Shown here in pieces: positions 48,856 through 62,980 of a DNA stretch of 64,000 nt (positions are counted from its first letter, which is position 1; each line of letters opens with the position of its first letter). Position numbers and translations under genes: made by a program. The stretch spans positions 26,124,957-26,188,956 of the forward strand of contig JAUZTB010000033.1 of assembly GCA_034780895.1 (NCBI GenBank), in the 5' to 3' direction. The notes below the pieces were generated by a model that made no database searches, was not told the DNA's origin, and saw nothing but the letters and a program-made list of their open reading frames with translations. The DNA is from Rhynchobatus australiae (Eukaryota).

Positions 48856-51800
48856 GTGAGTACATAAGCTTTCATTTTACTTTTCGTGATTGGAGATTGA
48901 GGCTTTTTGAAAATATTTTGGGCCAAATATTAGTTCTTGCACTATAGTTCCTGGCCGCCTTGAACTCGTGTCTTGTAGCTATACCGGAATGGAAATGATA
49001 TACAAGATGTTTATATTGAGGCTCGAACCTGAGGGTAAATAATCTTCAGATTTATATATTCGTTAACAGTGACCCCTTTAATGATTTTATGGCAGCAAAT
49101 TGGATTTAAAATACTGTATCTGCATTACAGGCAGTTTTGTATATTAATATATAAATTAGTGGGGACAGTCCTGGAGATATGGCTGTTGACCCTGTTAGAT
49201 TTCCAGTAATCTGAAGCACCAGAAGCAAGGTTAGTAATAAAATATTTATTTGTCTGCAAGAATAATTTTGGTGCCTACCCTTCTGATCACTTGAAATAGA
49301 TTAGACTTTATTAGTTTGGCTTCAAATCCTTTTCATTTCACAGTAATTAACTATTACCAGTGATTAAATACATTTCGTTATATTCAGCTATTGGGAAATC
49401 CCACTGTCGTTAGTGGGGTGTATGGTGCACAAGTTGTTGTATTAGATTTTAGAATTGGCCCCAAATCTAACATTTCAATGGTTTCATTTTTATGGATGAC
49501 TTTGCACTGATGGCTTATTCCTCCTGATAAAACTTTACAACATTGTGATAGCAGGTGTACATTTGATTTAATAAAGGAGCATGTCAGATGAATGAACGAT
49601 ATTAACAACAACTGCAGAAAACTCAAAAATCTTCCTGGTAGGGAACATACTGTTAAAGATGATGCAACTGGAAATGAAATCTAAATACTTTCTGGATTGG
49701 CAGTAAATGATGAATAATTATTTCTCTGGAGTGTAGTAAAGCTGTAATGCCATTTCAGCTTCTCTTAACTGTTGAATTCAATTATTTAAATCCTTTCTTG
49801 ATACTTTCAAGTGTTTCCAGGGCTGTTGTTTCTTATTGTGTTGCCTTCACAGGAGGTTGCATATTTTTCTGAGTATGCATTTTCTTTATTCAGTAGCAAG
49901 GTCTCTGACGTTAGTTGTTTATAATAACTGTATCCATCAGACTGAGGAGGGAACTAACATCAAACAAGAACTGAAACCAGCAGGTGGCTTAAGAAGGAAG
50001 CAAGCTGTCTGGGAGTACAGTGGCAAGGGAATTGGACAACATGCCAGTGTCACATTTTTCTGGATGGGGTTGGTCATTGACTATTTGACAAAGTATTTTT
50101 GTGTTGTAATACAAAAATTCTGTAGCTGTAAACTGTACAATTTAACAATTCCATGTAGAATTTTTGTTAACCATACATGGTTCTGATATATATTTTGTGC
50201 ACGTTTACATCTGCTTTTAAAATAGGTGCTACGTATTGAATGGATCATTTGAGATGTTTGGAGAAAGTATAAAATAGCTCACCTTAATGTGGAGCGCTCT
50301 TTCACTAACTTAGAAACCATTTTAAGTGGGGAAAGGCCTTTTATTCATTTAACAGCAGAAGTTTTCATAACTATAAGAACTAGGCAAGTTCTTCACTGCA
50401 AAACATTTTAAGTATTACTATCTTATAATTTTAAGCATGCTATTCACATTCTGATAATATTAAGCAAGTTTACTCTTTCTTGGATTTAGACAGTATGGCT
50501 TGGTCTGTATGCACATTTCATCAGAATATATACCTGACATGAAGCTGCATATAATCATTGGACTGGGGCTGTATAGCTGGAGAATTTTGACTTTTGCTGC
50601 CTACGTACCATATAGCTTTAAACAGCACCCTATTTCTAGCATTTCTTCCTTTTTTCTGAGCAACATTTAAATATAATGGTTAAATACTTAAAACAGTTCC
50701 TCTCTCTTCAGACAGCACATCCTTGTACCATTATTTATTTACTCCTGACACACCTAAGGCACAGCTGTAAATCGTTCTTCATGTTTCAGCTATGCATCAT
50801 CTGAAATGTGATTTTTCTATTGTGTTCCAATCTTTGCACTTGAGGTTGAAATCTAAATTTGTTGAACTTTCGCAGATCATGGTCTTCACATAAGTTAGCA
50901 CATCTGAAGAAATTTATGCTAATTTTATGTACATTCTAGTTAGATATAATTGCATAACAAACAAAATAAAACAAAAATGTGCACATGAACTTGAAAATTT
51001 GTCTTTGGATCTCAGTAGCAGGATCTAGTTAAGCAACTCTCCATGGTTTATTGACTTCTGAACTAATGTGCAAAGAACCATGCTTTGTTTATACCAGTGA
51101 CAACATTGCTAGATTGGGCACATTAAACCACTTATGTATAAATATTTTCTTTCTTTTTACAATATTTTTATTAATTCCGCAAAGAAAATACAGAGTACAT
51201 GAATCAAAAAGGTAAAAGTACTACTAAGTGCATTGTGTTAAATCATACTTGAAATCACAATACTCTATATTAATAATCACACATGATAATTAATTAATAA
51301 TGAACAAATTGGAATAATTTTATTATTAAAAAAAATCTAAACCCATTAACAAGACCAAAGCTGCTTAATAAAGGAAAGGACATGTTTTGGACATGTAAGA
51401 GTCTTAAAAAATATTGGACAGAAATGTATAAATATTTTCTGCCATAATTTTGCGGCTTTGTATTGTATACAATGTGTCATTTTTGTTTTGAAGATGGTTT
51501 TGATTTTTCGAGTACTTTTGAAGAAAGTACTCAAATAATATAAGAGACATGCCTGTATTTCTTTCTTACTTTTAGAAGCTTTACAGAATGGCAGTCCATT
51601 CTGCTTGATTTGCTTTTGGTGCTGATGTTCTGCATCAGTGTTCTACCACCCTTGCAACTGTGCCCATACCTTGATCTTCAACGCATCTAGTAATCTGCCT
51701 GTCAGCATCCTAAGCCTGCTATGTATTTTGGGGTGGGTCAGGTGGGATATGTATTCTGATAAAAACATTTTTATTTGTGTCATCCATCTGCGTGGTGACA

Positions 51801-52009
51801 GACTGGCTTGGTGTTTTATTGAGTCCAGTATGACTTGCTTAATGTGAAAGGTAGACATTTCAGATTCAATTACTAAGTTTACTATGTTTAAGAGATATTT
51901 AGACAGACACTTAAATAGGCAAAACAAAGAAAAATACAGTCTTGTGACTGTGTTTACAATATATGTATTGACAAATACAAACTTGTGAGAATCCTTGGCC
52001 AATCAACAC

Positions 52010-52255
52010 TGAAAATGATGAAAGAGCATTTGGGATGAGAACCTTGGCTCTGTTTGTCAGGAGTACAGAAGCCCAGCATAAAGAGTGGAATATGAACACA
52101 CCCTCCTGCACTGCTACCTGCCCTTCTCTCTCTTCACACTTTTGCTTCACCTGTGGCAAAGTTTACAGATTCCCCCATCAGCCATGTCAGAATCCACGCT
52201 ACTGGAGTGGAATAAATTCATCCCTGAACCTGTGGTTTTGCTTAAGAGGGTGAAG
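52010..52255 (+). mobile_element. RTE-clade 3' fragment
   Basis: CFTCGKVYRF...agccatgtcagaatccac (SHVRIH) then ggagtggaa, similar to the CCHH end at 24770-24850. Confidence 0.55.
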
Positions 52256-52959
52256 AATGCCATTGTGTACATGTGCTAGTTATATTATCAGGATGCACAT
52301 ATCCCATTTTCTTATAAATAGTGATGCTACAATAGCCTGAAGTCTGGGGGTTTAGTTGGTAAGAGTTTTGAAGGAGGTGCATAATTTTCCAAACTTCAAT
52401 AAAATGGTGTTAATTTGGCACATCNNNNNNNNNNNNNNNNNNNNNNNNNNNNNNNNNNNNNNNNNNNNNNNNNNNNNNNNNNNNNNNNNNNNNNNNNNNN
52501 NNNNNNNNNNNNNNNNNNNNNNNNNNNNNNNNNNNNNNNNNNNNNNNNNNNNNNNNNNNNNNNNNNNNNNNNNNNNNNNNNNNNNNNNNNNNNNNNNNNN
52601 NNNNNNNNNNNNNNNNNNNNNNNNNNNGGAACCAGGTGACTTTAAAGAGAACATGGCAGCCCATGATTGTTGTTGGCACGTTCCTTTTTAGAATCTCATC
52701 AGAGGCCAAATTGAACTTCATTGTGGATGCTTTTTAAAAAAAACATTTTAAACTTAACCTAACAATTTTTAAAAATACCATGTGAACTGAGTTCATTTTT
52801 TTCAGACTATCCAAAGAAACCACCAAAATGAAGTACTGGCAAGCTTAGTCCTGCTCCTATGCTCCAACATGAGCCAACACAATTGGAGCTCTCCTAAGAG
52901 TAGAGCTCTCTGAGGAGCTCTCAGAACCTAAGTTGATCCTCTCATTATGAACAACACCA

Positions 52960-53260
52960 ATTTTTTTTTGTATATCTCATCTACAAACTTACTATCATGC
53001 TTCCTACTTTGACATCCAAATCATTAGTGTATTTAATAAACAGCAAGGGTTCTAGCACTGATCCCTGTGACACACTGCTAGTCTTGGGATTCCTATCACA
53101 AAAGCAACCCTCCGCTGTTACCTTCTGTCTCCTATTACTGAGCTAATTTTGGATCCCGTAAGCTCTAATCTTTTGGTCCAGTCCTGTGGTCCCTGTTGGA
53201 CCTTCTCAAAGACCTTACTGAAGTCCATGAAAACCACATTGACCGTACAGCCAGAGCCAA
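52960..53260 (-). mobile_element. CR1 RT fragment
   Basis: ORF 53118..53306 VNVVFMDFSKVFEKV; reverse SVSQGSVLEPLLF at about 53040-53080. Confidence 0.7.
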
Positions 53261-54380
53261 TATGTTTAATTCCTTCTACAACATCAATTTCTATAACTAT
53301 GTTCATTTCTCTGTAAGCTCTTGTTTAAACTTGGACGGTGCACTGAAAATACCTTGTGAAAATATTGAGCAGTACCCTTCACCTATTTTAAAAAATTTCC
53401 TATTTAAAATTGTCACTTTGCAGGAATCTAAAATGATTCCAGAATGAACTTTGCTCTCACAGCAGATGGATCCAATGAGAGATCAGTTGGAATACACCAA
53501 TTTGTATTGCTTGGGTTTGACACCTCATTGGTAACATAATGGATTCGCTAAAGTATATCTTAACTAATAACTGATTAAAGATTTTTCAGGATGTTTTTTT
53601 TTGCACTTTCGAAGCCTTAGAATTACACTTGCAGTTGCTGTATTNNNNNNNNNNNNNNNNNNNNNNNNNNNNNNNNNNNNNNNNNNNNNNNNNNNNNNNN
53701 NNNNNNNNNNNNNNNNNNNNNNNNNNNNNNNNNNNTCTCAAGCTGAACTTGTGAATCTTCATTTATAAATCAAATTTCAAATTTCAAGTTTGATTTCTGC
53801 AGCTGGATAGAATAATTATTAATCGTTTGTGAACATCTTGCCTCATAACTAGAAAAAAAAACTTGTTTGTCTCATTTTTATGGGGGGGGGGAAGAAGAGG
53901 ATTGATGGAGAGAATCCATTCAACATCAAGTACATAACATAAGAGAAAACCCACAAAAATGACATTTGGCATTGTCTGAGTATGAGAAGCAACCCAAAAA
54001 AAATAAATATCTCAAAGTTCTCAGAGACCAAATGGAATGTAATAATTCCGATAACATTTCACAATACTTCAATATAATTAATGTTACAATTAAGTTATTC
54101 AAGTACAATTTGTTGTTTTATGTGGTCTATGAAATTATTTTCATAGTAATTGCTTAAATATGACAGTTTTCTTATTTGTAGACTAGCCTTACGTCAAAAT
54201 TTAATAAGACAAACATTGTTAAAAGAGAAACAAAGGACTACAGATGCTGGAATCTAGATGAAAAACATAATGATGCTGGAAGAACTCGCCAGAGTTTTTC
54301 TTCAAACATTATTAAAACATGCTTTTTGCAGCTAAACTTTGAAACCTAATGTAAAAGTAAAATGTTGCTATTGTTTTATT

Positions 54381-55576
54381 TCAAGATTGAGTTTATTGTC
54401 ATATGCACAAGTACATGTATGCACAGGTACAATGAAAAACTTGCTTGCATATCAGGCACATTGCATTCTATAAGCAACATTCACAAGAAAAACAAACTTA
54501 AATTGTATGCAATTTTTACAAGAAAGCACAATTAGAATGAAAAAAAAACGTCCATTTTAGTGCAAAGTGATCAAAGTGGTCATGGTGTTGCAAAAATGTG
54601 GTGATTAGGGTTGTGCCGGTTGGTTCAAGAACTGAATGGTTGAAGGCAAGGAACTGTTCTTGAGCCTGGTGGTGTGAGACCTCAGGCTTCTGTATCTCTG
54701 GCCTGATGGTGGTAGCTGCGAGATGGCATGGCCCGGATGGAGGGGGTCTTTGATGATAGATGTTGCCTTCTTGAGGCATTGCCTCCTGTAGATAGTACCA
54801 TTGGTGAGGAGGGATGTGCCCGTGATGTATTGGTCTGAGTCCACTACTCTCTGCAGCTTCTTATGTTCCTATGCCTTTGAATTTCTGTACCAGACCATGA
54901 TGCAACCAGTCAGGATACTTTTCAACAGTACATCTGTAGACATTTGTTAGTGTTTGGTGACGAGCCAAGCCTCCTTAAAGTCCTTAAAGTAAAAATGCTA
55001 GCATGCCTTCCTTGTTATTGCATCTATGTGCTGGGCCCAGGACAGGTCATCTGACACGTTAATGCCCAGGAATTTAAAGCTGCTAAATCTCTCCACTACC
55101 AATCCCCCAATGTAGATAGGTGTATGTTTGCCCTCCTTCCCCTTCCTGAAGTCAACAATCTGTTCTTTGGTTTTATTGAGGTTGAGCAAAAGTTTGTTGT
55201 TGTTGCAGCACCACTCAACCAGGTGTCCTCTCTGGTAAGCTGACTCATCATCCTGTGGTTTGTCCAACAACAGTTGTGTCATTAGCGAATTTGTGTATGG
55301 CATTCAAGCAGTGCTTGGCTAACAGTTATGTGTGTAGAGAGTAGAGCAGGGAAATAAGCACGCAGCCCTGAGGTTCACCCATGTTGTTGGTTAGTGAGAA
55401 GGAGATGTTGCTGCCAATCCTCACTGATTAAGATCTGCTGATGAGGAAGTTGAGTATCTCTTGAAGAGGGAGGTACAGAGGCCCAGGTCTTGAAGCTTGA
55501 TGATGTGTTGAACACCAAGCTGAAGTCAATGAACAGCAGCTTGATATATGAGTTCCTATGGTCCAGAGCAGAGTGG
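54381..55576 (-). mobile_element. Rex1/Babar non-LTR retrotransposon, second subfamily, 5'-truncated and frameshifted
   Basis: ORF 54998..55303 (DESAY..LVEWCCNNNKLLLNLNKTKEQIVDFRK..SFKFLGINVSDDLSW) and 54605..54844 (IIKDPLHPGH..LPPSGQRYRSLRSHTTRLKNS). Confidence 0.9.
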
Positions 55577-57299
55577 AAATACTCAACCTTAATATTTAGT
55601 TAAAAAATTAAGACCGTATTTCATTCTGTAAAATGAATTTGGTCACCTTTTCATAGCACAGTTCATGAATTTATTTTAAAATATCATATTTTGAAAATGA
55701 ACTGTGTTGCAAATAATCCAAAAGGCAAACATACAAATGCATTAGTTATTTTACAATAATCTATATTTTACAACATGTAATAGCCAGATTTAAAAGTGAA
55801 ATTGTTCCATTAGAAAATACTCTAGTGCAGCCCATTAACTGGAAACTATTGTTGGTATTTCCTGTGTCTGTAAGGGCACAATCATGTTTATTCATTAATT
55901 ATTGTAATATGTTGCTATATTTCAATTTTTCAGCTTTAATTGAGTGTGTGAAGACACGAGGCTACAATAACCTGTCATGTTCTGTTTTTAATGTAAACTT
56001 TTAAAGCATTATTATCTAGCTTCCACGCACATTGCCATTAGCACATGCCATAATGTCTGATAGCAGTGTTTGGACACTCTAGTGCTTCCAGATCATTAAT
56101 TGTGTCCCCTGTGACCCACAACTTCACTCCTGCTGTTCAGTTATATTAGGCAATGAGTATCCATAATGGTTGTGATTTATCTCCATGGTGAAAGGATTTA
56201 AGTGAGAGAGAAATAGACTAGTTATGATTAGATTTTTAAGATGACCAGTCAGTGTATTTCATGCCTGAATTCTTTCTGGCACTGGAAGTACCTGCTTTTT
56301 ATGCTGCCCCACAAAGCAGTGATTTGTTCTAGAATTCTTGATCCTCCTGCCAGAACAATTGTGTGTGTGTACTTGTTTGAGCACAGTGTCACGTACCAGC
56401 AACAAAAACACGTGAAGTCATGTATAAATGTTAGAAACTATTTTATTAATAACTACTTATGATAATAAGAAAAATAAAAGTAAAAATGTTAGAATGTTAA
56501 AGGTAAAAATGTTAGNNNNNNNNNNNNNNNNNNNNNNNNNNNNNNNNNNNNNNNNNNNNNNNNNNNNNNNNNNNNNNNNNNNNNNNNNNNNNNNNNNNNN
56601 NNNNNNNNNNNNNNNTGAGCAAAGGCTTCTGCAAAACCACCGGGGAGTGAAGAGGAAATATAGAGAGAATATAGAGAGAAAATAGAGAGTAATTACAAAA
56701 TCCAAATGTTCCACGATGGAACCCATATGACACCTCAATCACTGATGATCTCCATTCCTTTGTTCTGAAGTGTCTGCCACCCCGAAAAGCATTCGAGACG
56801 TGGCTGTCCACAGAATATCTGTTTCCCTCTACAGGTTAATGACAGACTGGACTCCACTGGATTATTCCAAAAATCCATACGTGGATTAGGTGCTGAGAGA
56901 TGAGGCTGGTAGACCTCAAGAACATCAAAAGTGAGACATTTTATGGTCCAAGCAACTCAGTAGATGAGGCTAATCATTGCAAATAAGGTCTCTACTTCCC
57001 CAAACTTTTCTCACAAACTTGAAAACTTTATTGGGTATGATCGTGGTATAACTGTCAGAAATGCAGCTTGTCAGCTTAATGAGAATTACTGATGTGCTAT
57101 CTTGAGAAACCTGCAGCAGAGGACAACGTGCAAGCTAAAAAGCAAAAACTGCAGAGCTAAGTAATCTGAAATCAATGAATTACATCAAAGCTTTGCAATC
57201 CTGCCACAGATACTTGTGAATATTGGTGAACAATTAAACTGCTCTTGGGAATTCTCATCCTCAGTGACAACAAGGCCAAGGTTATTTATGAGTGCTGAA

Positions 57300-58018
57300 G
57301 ATAAAGTAGATGTGTTTGTAGCCATATTTAAGCAGATGATCCATTTTTCTTTCCTCTTGAGATCCTGTCAGCACAGAATCCAACCTTCAACCAATTTGAT
57401 TCATGCCACATAATATAAAGAAATGCCTGAGAGCATTGTACACTGCAAGGACTGTTTGACCAGATGATAATGCAGCATTAGTAGTAGAAGTTATGCTGCA
57501 GGACTAGGCACACCTCTTCCCTTACTGTTCCTGTAGAATTGTAACAAAACTTGACAGTGTGAAACATGGCATGTATGTCTTGTTCAGAAAAAGCAGGAAA
57601 AATCTAATCTTGTTCATAATTGTCTTCTCAGTCATCTCTCAATCAGTGGAAGGTATTATCCACGGAGTTACCATGCAGTATTTGCTTGTCATCAACTTGC
57701 TCATATGCCCAATTTATGTATCACCAGGAATACTCAGCTCCAGACTTCTTCACAGCCTTGGTCCAAACATGGAACAAAAAGCTGAATTCTACAACCCTTG
57801 CAATAAACATCAATGTTCTATTGGCATTCCTAATTGCTTGCAGTTCCTGCAGATTTTTTATGGCTTGGGATTACATCAGCATTCCAGAACTGTGTGTGTC
57901 CCTTCACCAGAAAGTTTGAAATGGTTCACCGTCATCATCTTGAGGAAAATTAGGCAGGGGCAATTAATGCTGGCCTTGTCATTAACATGTGTATTCTGGA
58001 AATGAATAAATTAAAAAG
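57300..58018 (+). mobile_element. Decayed, deleted copy of second LINE family
   Basis: tcacagccttggtccaaacatggaacaaaaagctgaattc (TALVQTWNKKLNS) and the shared 3' tail. Confidence 0.5.
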
Positions 58019-58154
58019 GTTTTGAGGCAGCAGAGGTCCAGTCAACTTCATAGCAACAGTTTATTTTAATAATATGATTATTTAAACAAAGAGGTGATTC
58101 ACTTTACATACTGAAGTTTTAATGGCTACTCTGATATTGGAGCAAGGACTACAT

Positions 58155-58930
58155 ATAGAGTTATGTAGCATGGAACCATGCTCTTCAGCCCAACTCATCC
58201 ATGCTGACCAAGTTGACTACTTAAGCTGGTCCAATTTGCAAGCATTTAAACCTTTAAATGCAAACCTCTAACCCTTTACCATCCATGTACCTGTCTGAAT
58301 GTCTTTTATACATCATAATTGTATCTGCCTCTACCAATTGGCTAGCTCATCCCGGGTCATATATGAGCTAACTTTCTGGACCTGCCTACCATGCGGGACC
58401 TTGTCAAAATCCTTGCTAAATTTCACAAAGACATCATCTGCCACCCTGCCCTCATCAATCTTGGTCTACTCTTCAAAAAACCTCAGTCAAATTCATGAGA
58501 CGTGATTTCCCATGAACAAAGCTGTGATGGTTCTCCCTAATCAGTCTGTGCTTTTTCAAATGCAGATAGATTCAGTCTCTTGGAATCCCTCCAGTAACTT
58601 TCCCACCATTTATGTTAGGCTCACCGGCCTGTAGTTCCCTGGCTTGTCCTTGCAGCCCTTTTAAATAAAGACACACCATTTGCCACACTCCAGTCTTCTG
58701 GTACCTCACCTGCAGTTAAGGAAGATAGAAAATTCTCTGCCAGTGCCCCAGCAATTTATTTCCTTGCTTCCTACAATGTCCAAGGGTACCCTTAGTCAAG
58801 CCCTGGGGGTTCATGCACCTTTATGCACCTCAAGACTGCCAACAATTTCTCTTATGTAATATCAATGTGTTTAAGGACATCATTGTTCTCTTCCCTGAAT
58901 TCTCTACCTTCTATGACCTCCTCCACAGTG
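58155..58930 (-). mobile_element. CR1 fragments (3' end plus RT N-terminal piece)
   Basis: tagagttatgtagcatggaa tail; gggaccttgtcaaaatccttgctaaa (FSK.FDKVP reversed); ggctcaccggcctgtagttccctgg (PGNYRPVS reversed). Confidence 0.75.
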
Positions 58931-59692
58931 ATGCTCAAATGTGAGGCTCACAGTAATGGTATAGTGGACAGTGAGGAAGGTTATCTTAGATTACAGTGGG
59001 ATCAAATTCAGGTGGGAAAGTGGGCAAAAGAAGGGTAAATAGAATTGGTATTCATATGTTGGAGAAATAAGGAGGTGAGGCTCCTGTTCATTAGGGCTAG
59101 GAATAGTGCATAACAAAATTGCCCATGTTCTTGTGGAGCACAAGTGTTTTTTTATATGGGCTCAAAATAAAGGACAGCTGACTGGGGCAATGCCTATTGG
59201 AAGTTGGTGAAGAGCTTTTTTTACAAATGAGCTTCGTAGCTGATTGATGAGATAGGTTTGAGTCCATGTCCCACAGATATAAACCATACAACACCCCTGC
59301 CACTGCACCACACCTCAAACTCTCACCAGACTGATGAAAAATTGCTGGAATTTATGTGGCATGGCCACTATTATTGGCCATGGTCATTGGATGTTCGTGC
59401 CTCTGTTATGTCTGTATACTATCTAATGTCTCAACAAAAGTTGTTTAAAGTATTCAATTTCTTTTACATCGAGACTTCATAGCTACTCATCGCAACACCA
59501 AAAAGCTGAGTTACTTGGCCTTCCCGAGCAACAGAAACGCAATACTAGTTACCGTATTCTATTCCGAGAAGAATTCTTTGATGACTTTAATAATGCAGAG
59601 TTTCTAATTGCACTTTGGCTTCCTTTCCTTGTACAACTTTGCATGTTTACAACTTTTGAGATTATCAAGTCTCTAACTGGATACTGGGAATA

Positions 59693-59880
59693 AAAAAAAT
59701 GCAGATGCTGGAAATCTGAAATAATTAGAGATCATGCTTAATAATTAGAGGTCAGGTAGAATCTGTGGAACGAGGGGCAGAGAAACAATTCAGGTCGAAG
59801 ATCTTCTGTCCTGGTGGACTCTGCAGTTCTGATTAAGGGTTTTCAACCTGAAGTGTTAACTCAGCAGGTCAGGCAACATT
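59693..59880. mobile_element. Penelope-terminus-derived element with hammerhead-like relic
   Basis: gcagatgctggaaatctgaaat start; agtt CTGATTAA GGGT tttc AACCT GAAGTGTT aact at 59825-59861. Confidence 0.6.
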
Positions 59881-61780
59881 ATATTACTAATTGATTTATT
59901 TTTCTTCTAAATTTTCAACCTTGGCAGGGCTGATTTGCACTATTGGTTTTGTCTCTTCAAATAAGCCCACCAAATGTCAAAATTATGAAGAGACTTTGCT
60001 GGGTGTTATGTGGAATGGAAGAACTTTCTCAATTTATGTTTGAGCCTTAGAACAAGGAGTCATAAATATATTATGGCCTCTAGCAAATTCATTAAAGAAT
60101 TTAAGAAGAATTTATACACTCCATTGCCTTGTGGAATATGCTGCTACTTAGTGTAGTTGAGGCAGATTTATATATTTGGTACATTTGAAATGACATCTGA
60201 TGCTTACATGAGGGAGAAGGGAATGGGTGGTATTGGCAGTCTGCAAAAATAATGATTTGAGTGGAGGGTATCTTTGAAATATGAACACCAACCTTGACCA
60301 GTTGAGCAGAATGGTCTGTTTCATTAATATATATTCTACATATGGAATGGCGATTGCTGAAAGCCAGCTTCTGATGTGCACAGTATAAGAGTGTCCTGAA
60401 TTTGGAACCTCAATGTAGAGTAATAAAACATGGTGATGATATTAACCAGGAGAAGTTATTGAATTTGACAATAAGACTCAGCTGTACAGAATAACTTGTG
60501 TAAAATATAAAAGAAGGCAGAGGACTGATTAAAGGCATGTTAAAGTGAACACATGCAAGGTATGATGATAGAATTGAAAGAGACATGGGAACTTAAAGAG
60601 ACATTTTTGCATAAGAAAATGGAGCGGTGATTTGTTACCTTGTGTGTATATTGTTCATTGGCATAGTCAAGACCATAGAAAAGTATATTGGAGCAGTTAA
60701 TAACAAATCTAGAAATTACTCTTTTCAAATGACACTGAATTTTACTGGTTATTTCCAACAAAGAGACAATCAGTCACTTGTATATTTACTCCCTTTTATT
60801 CTGTTCTTCCCTCTCATATCCATCTCTGAAGAATTTGTGAGCACTTTCTGATGGTAAATTATCTTGGATTAGATAACAAATGCTGTTGATGTGATTTCCC
60901 ACTGTCAACTGCAAGTGCAAAAACGCAAGGCAGTGAGTAAGCTGACCAGTTTGAGATCTGCTGGGTCATCAACTACATGAAAGGGAAGCATTTTGGCAGC
61001 CAGTATAAATGTTTGGATAGACAAAAAAAAAATCTGCAGTTAAAAGTTGTTTGTACAGAGTACACTTGGTTTTCCTCAAGTGTATGAAGGGTGCAATAAT
61101 TAATTTTCCTAAATAATTTCAATAAATTCCCAAATGTATTTATGGTATTAATTTAGTTCAGTTTTGAAAAATGTATCAATTTCAAATATGGTGTTTCAAT
61201 TATTTAAAAATGGTCTTTTTTGAATTGCTGTGACTTTTTAAAAATTTATTTGACAGAAATACTATTGAAATAAGTTGGCTCTGCATTAATGTAGACCATG
61301 CAGTGCACAGTATAATCAATAAAATTTTCTGGGCAGCCAATTTATTAGATACTTCAAAATGCATTTTAAACTATTTTCTGTAAGTTGAAGATCAAAAGAT
61401 TCTATATTCAAGAAAGATAAATAAACTAAAACTTGGCTTTGCGGTACATTGCCATACTACTTAAATTTTATTAAGTCTTACTTTGCTTTTATCACATTTG
61501 CAGCAACATAAATATCGAACTGTGGCAGTTGAGTTTATGTCATATTGGATGGCAATTGGGAAAATACACATTAATGCTCTGTCACATTTGTTATTAAAAT
61601 GCTGTGTGTAGTGGGGGGGGGCAATGATTTTCTATATTATTATGAATGACATATGCATGACGTACACTTTTTAATTACAGNNNNNNNNNNNNNNNNNNNN
61701 NNNNNNNNNNNNNNNNNNNNNNNNNNNNNNNNNNNNNNNNNNNNNNNNNNNNNNNNNNNNNNNNNNNNNNNNNNNNNNNN

Positions 61781-61891
61781 CCTGTACTACCTCAGTGCAC
61801 TGTGTAATGAATTGTTCTGTACGAGCAGTATGCAAGGCAAGTTTTTCACTGTACCTCAGTAAAAGTGACAATAATAAACCAATACCAATAC
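61781..61891 (+). mobile_element. Rex1/Babar 3' tail emerging from a gap
   Basis: ...cactgtacctcagtaaaagtgacaataataaaccaataccaata is the reverse complement of the tail at about 31949-32050. Confidence 0.8.
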
Positions 61892-62926
61892 TAGGATGAC
61901 TGTTAGTCAGTGTGAGATGGCCAGGGTTACTGAGGATGTTGGCGTTGGGTGACCAGGGTGACAATGGGGGTCAGTGTGAGGTGACTAGGGGCTGGGATTG
62001 ACCCGGCTGTGGCTCAGTGTGAGTTGAACAGAGGTCAAACTCAGGCTGATGATGGTAGACATTGTATGGCAACCAAAAACAGGGCCCAGCCTTCTCCCAT
62101 TCCCTGTCAGGCTGTGGGAGTTATTGGTTATTGTTTACAAATCAGGAGCAGCAGGCTTTGTGGCTTAACTTCCACATCATTGACATTGGGCCTTTTTAAC
62201 ATGTCTTTAAAACATTTATGATGTCAGTTGACGTGAGCAGTCAGCAAACAATGAGAAGAATCGGGATCAAGTTGTTGTCTGAATGCAGGAAATGTTTATA
62301 ATTTTCTCCCTTTCCTTCCTGCATTTTATTTTTGGGATAATGCTCTCCTCTGTTGCTGCTTGTTGCCCTGTGTTTTCAGAGCTACAAGTCAGTGAGCAGC
62401 AAATGAAACAATGCTTGAGGGATGTCCCACTGCAAATCTTTAAAATTAAACCCTTGCAATTCAGCTTTACAATACATTCATTTCATAGTGGCTTGAGGCC
62501 ACAAGCTGACTACAGTTTCATTTCTTGGAACTCTCCGGTGGCCTCGGTATCTCTTGGTTTAGGGTTGCAGCACCATCCACTGGAATGTTGAAGCATGCAG
62601 ACGTTAATTAAAGAGGCGTTTGGTTCAGTTGTGATGCCCCTTGTTGAATATCCTGACGATTCGCCCTTGCAAATGCAAAATGGCCTTGGGGAGTGGGCTC
62701 TGGTGTGCTGAAATGTGAGGAGATCGGAACAGGCAGGGGCGGGAAAGACCAACCCATACAGAACTGCAGCAACTCCAGTTGACTCACTGCATGGTTCAAG
62801 AAAAGCTAAATACAACTTGCAAAGAAACTCCTGCTTATTGGTGAATCAGTTGCCAAGTCCTCGCACCTGAGAGCAGACTCCACTGTTTGAGTGTTTGAAC
62901 AAGCAGAGACATGCTGCGAGCGAGCA

Positions 62927-62980
62927 ATGTGGGGCTTCCACGCACGTCCAGAGCACACTCCTATAAGCAAGTGTCAAGTG
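62927..62980 (+). CDS. Candidate second alternative first coding exon in SBF2 intron 2 (MWGFHARPEHTPISKCQV)
   Basis: gcaATG at 62927, in-frame upstream TGA 62888-62890, 18 codons, donor GTAAGT at 62981 (phase 0, as needed for exon 3); local CpG cluster and GC box GGGGCGGG at 62736-62743. Confidence 0.3.
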
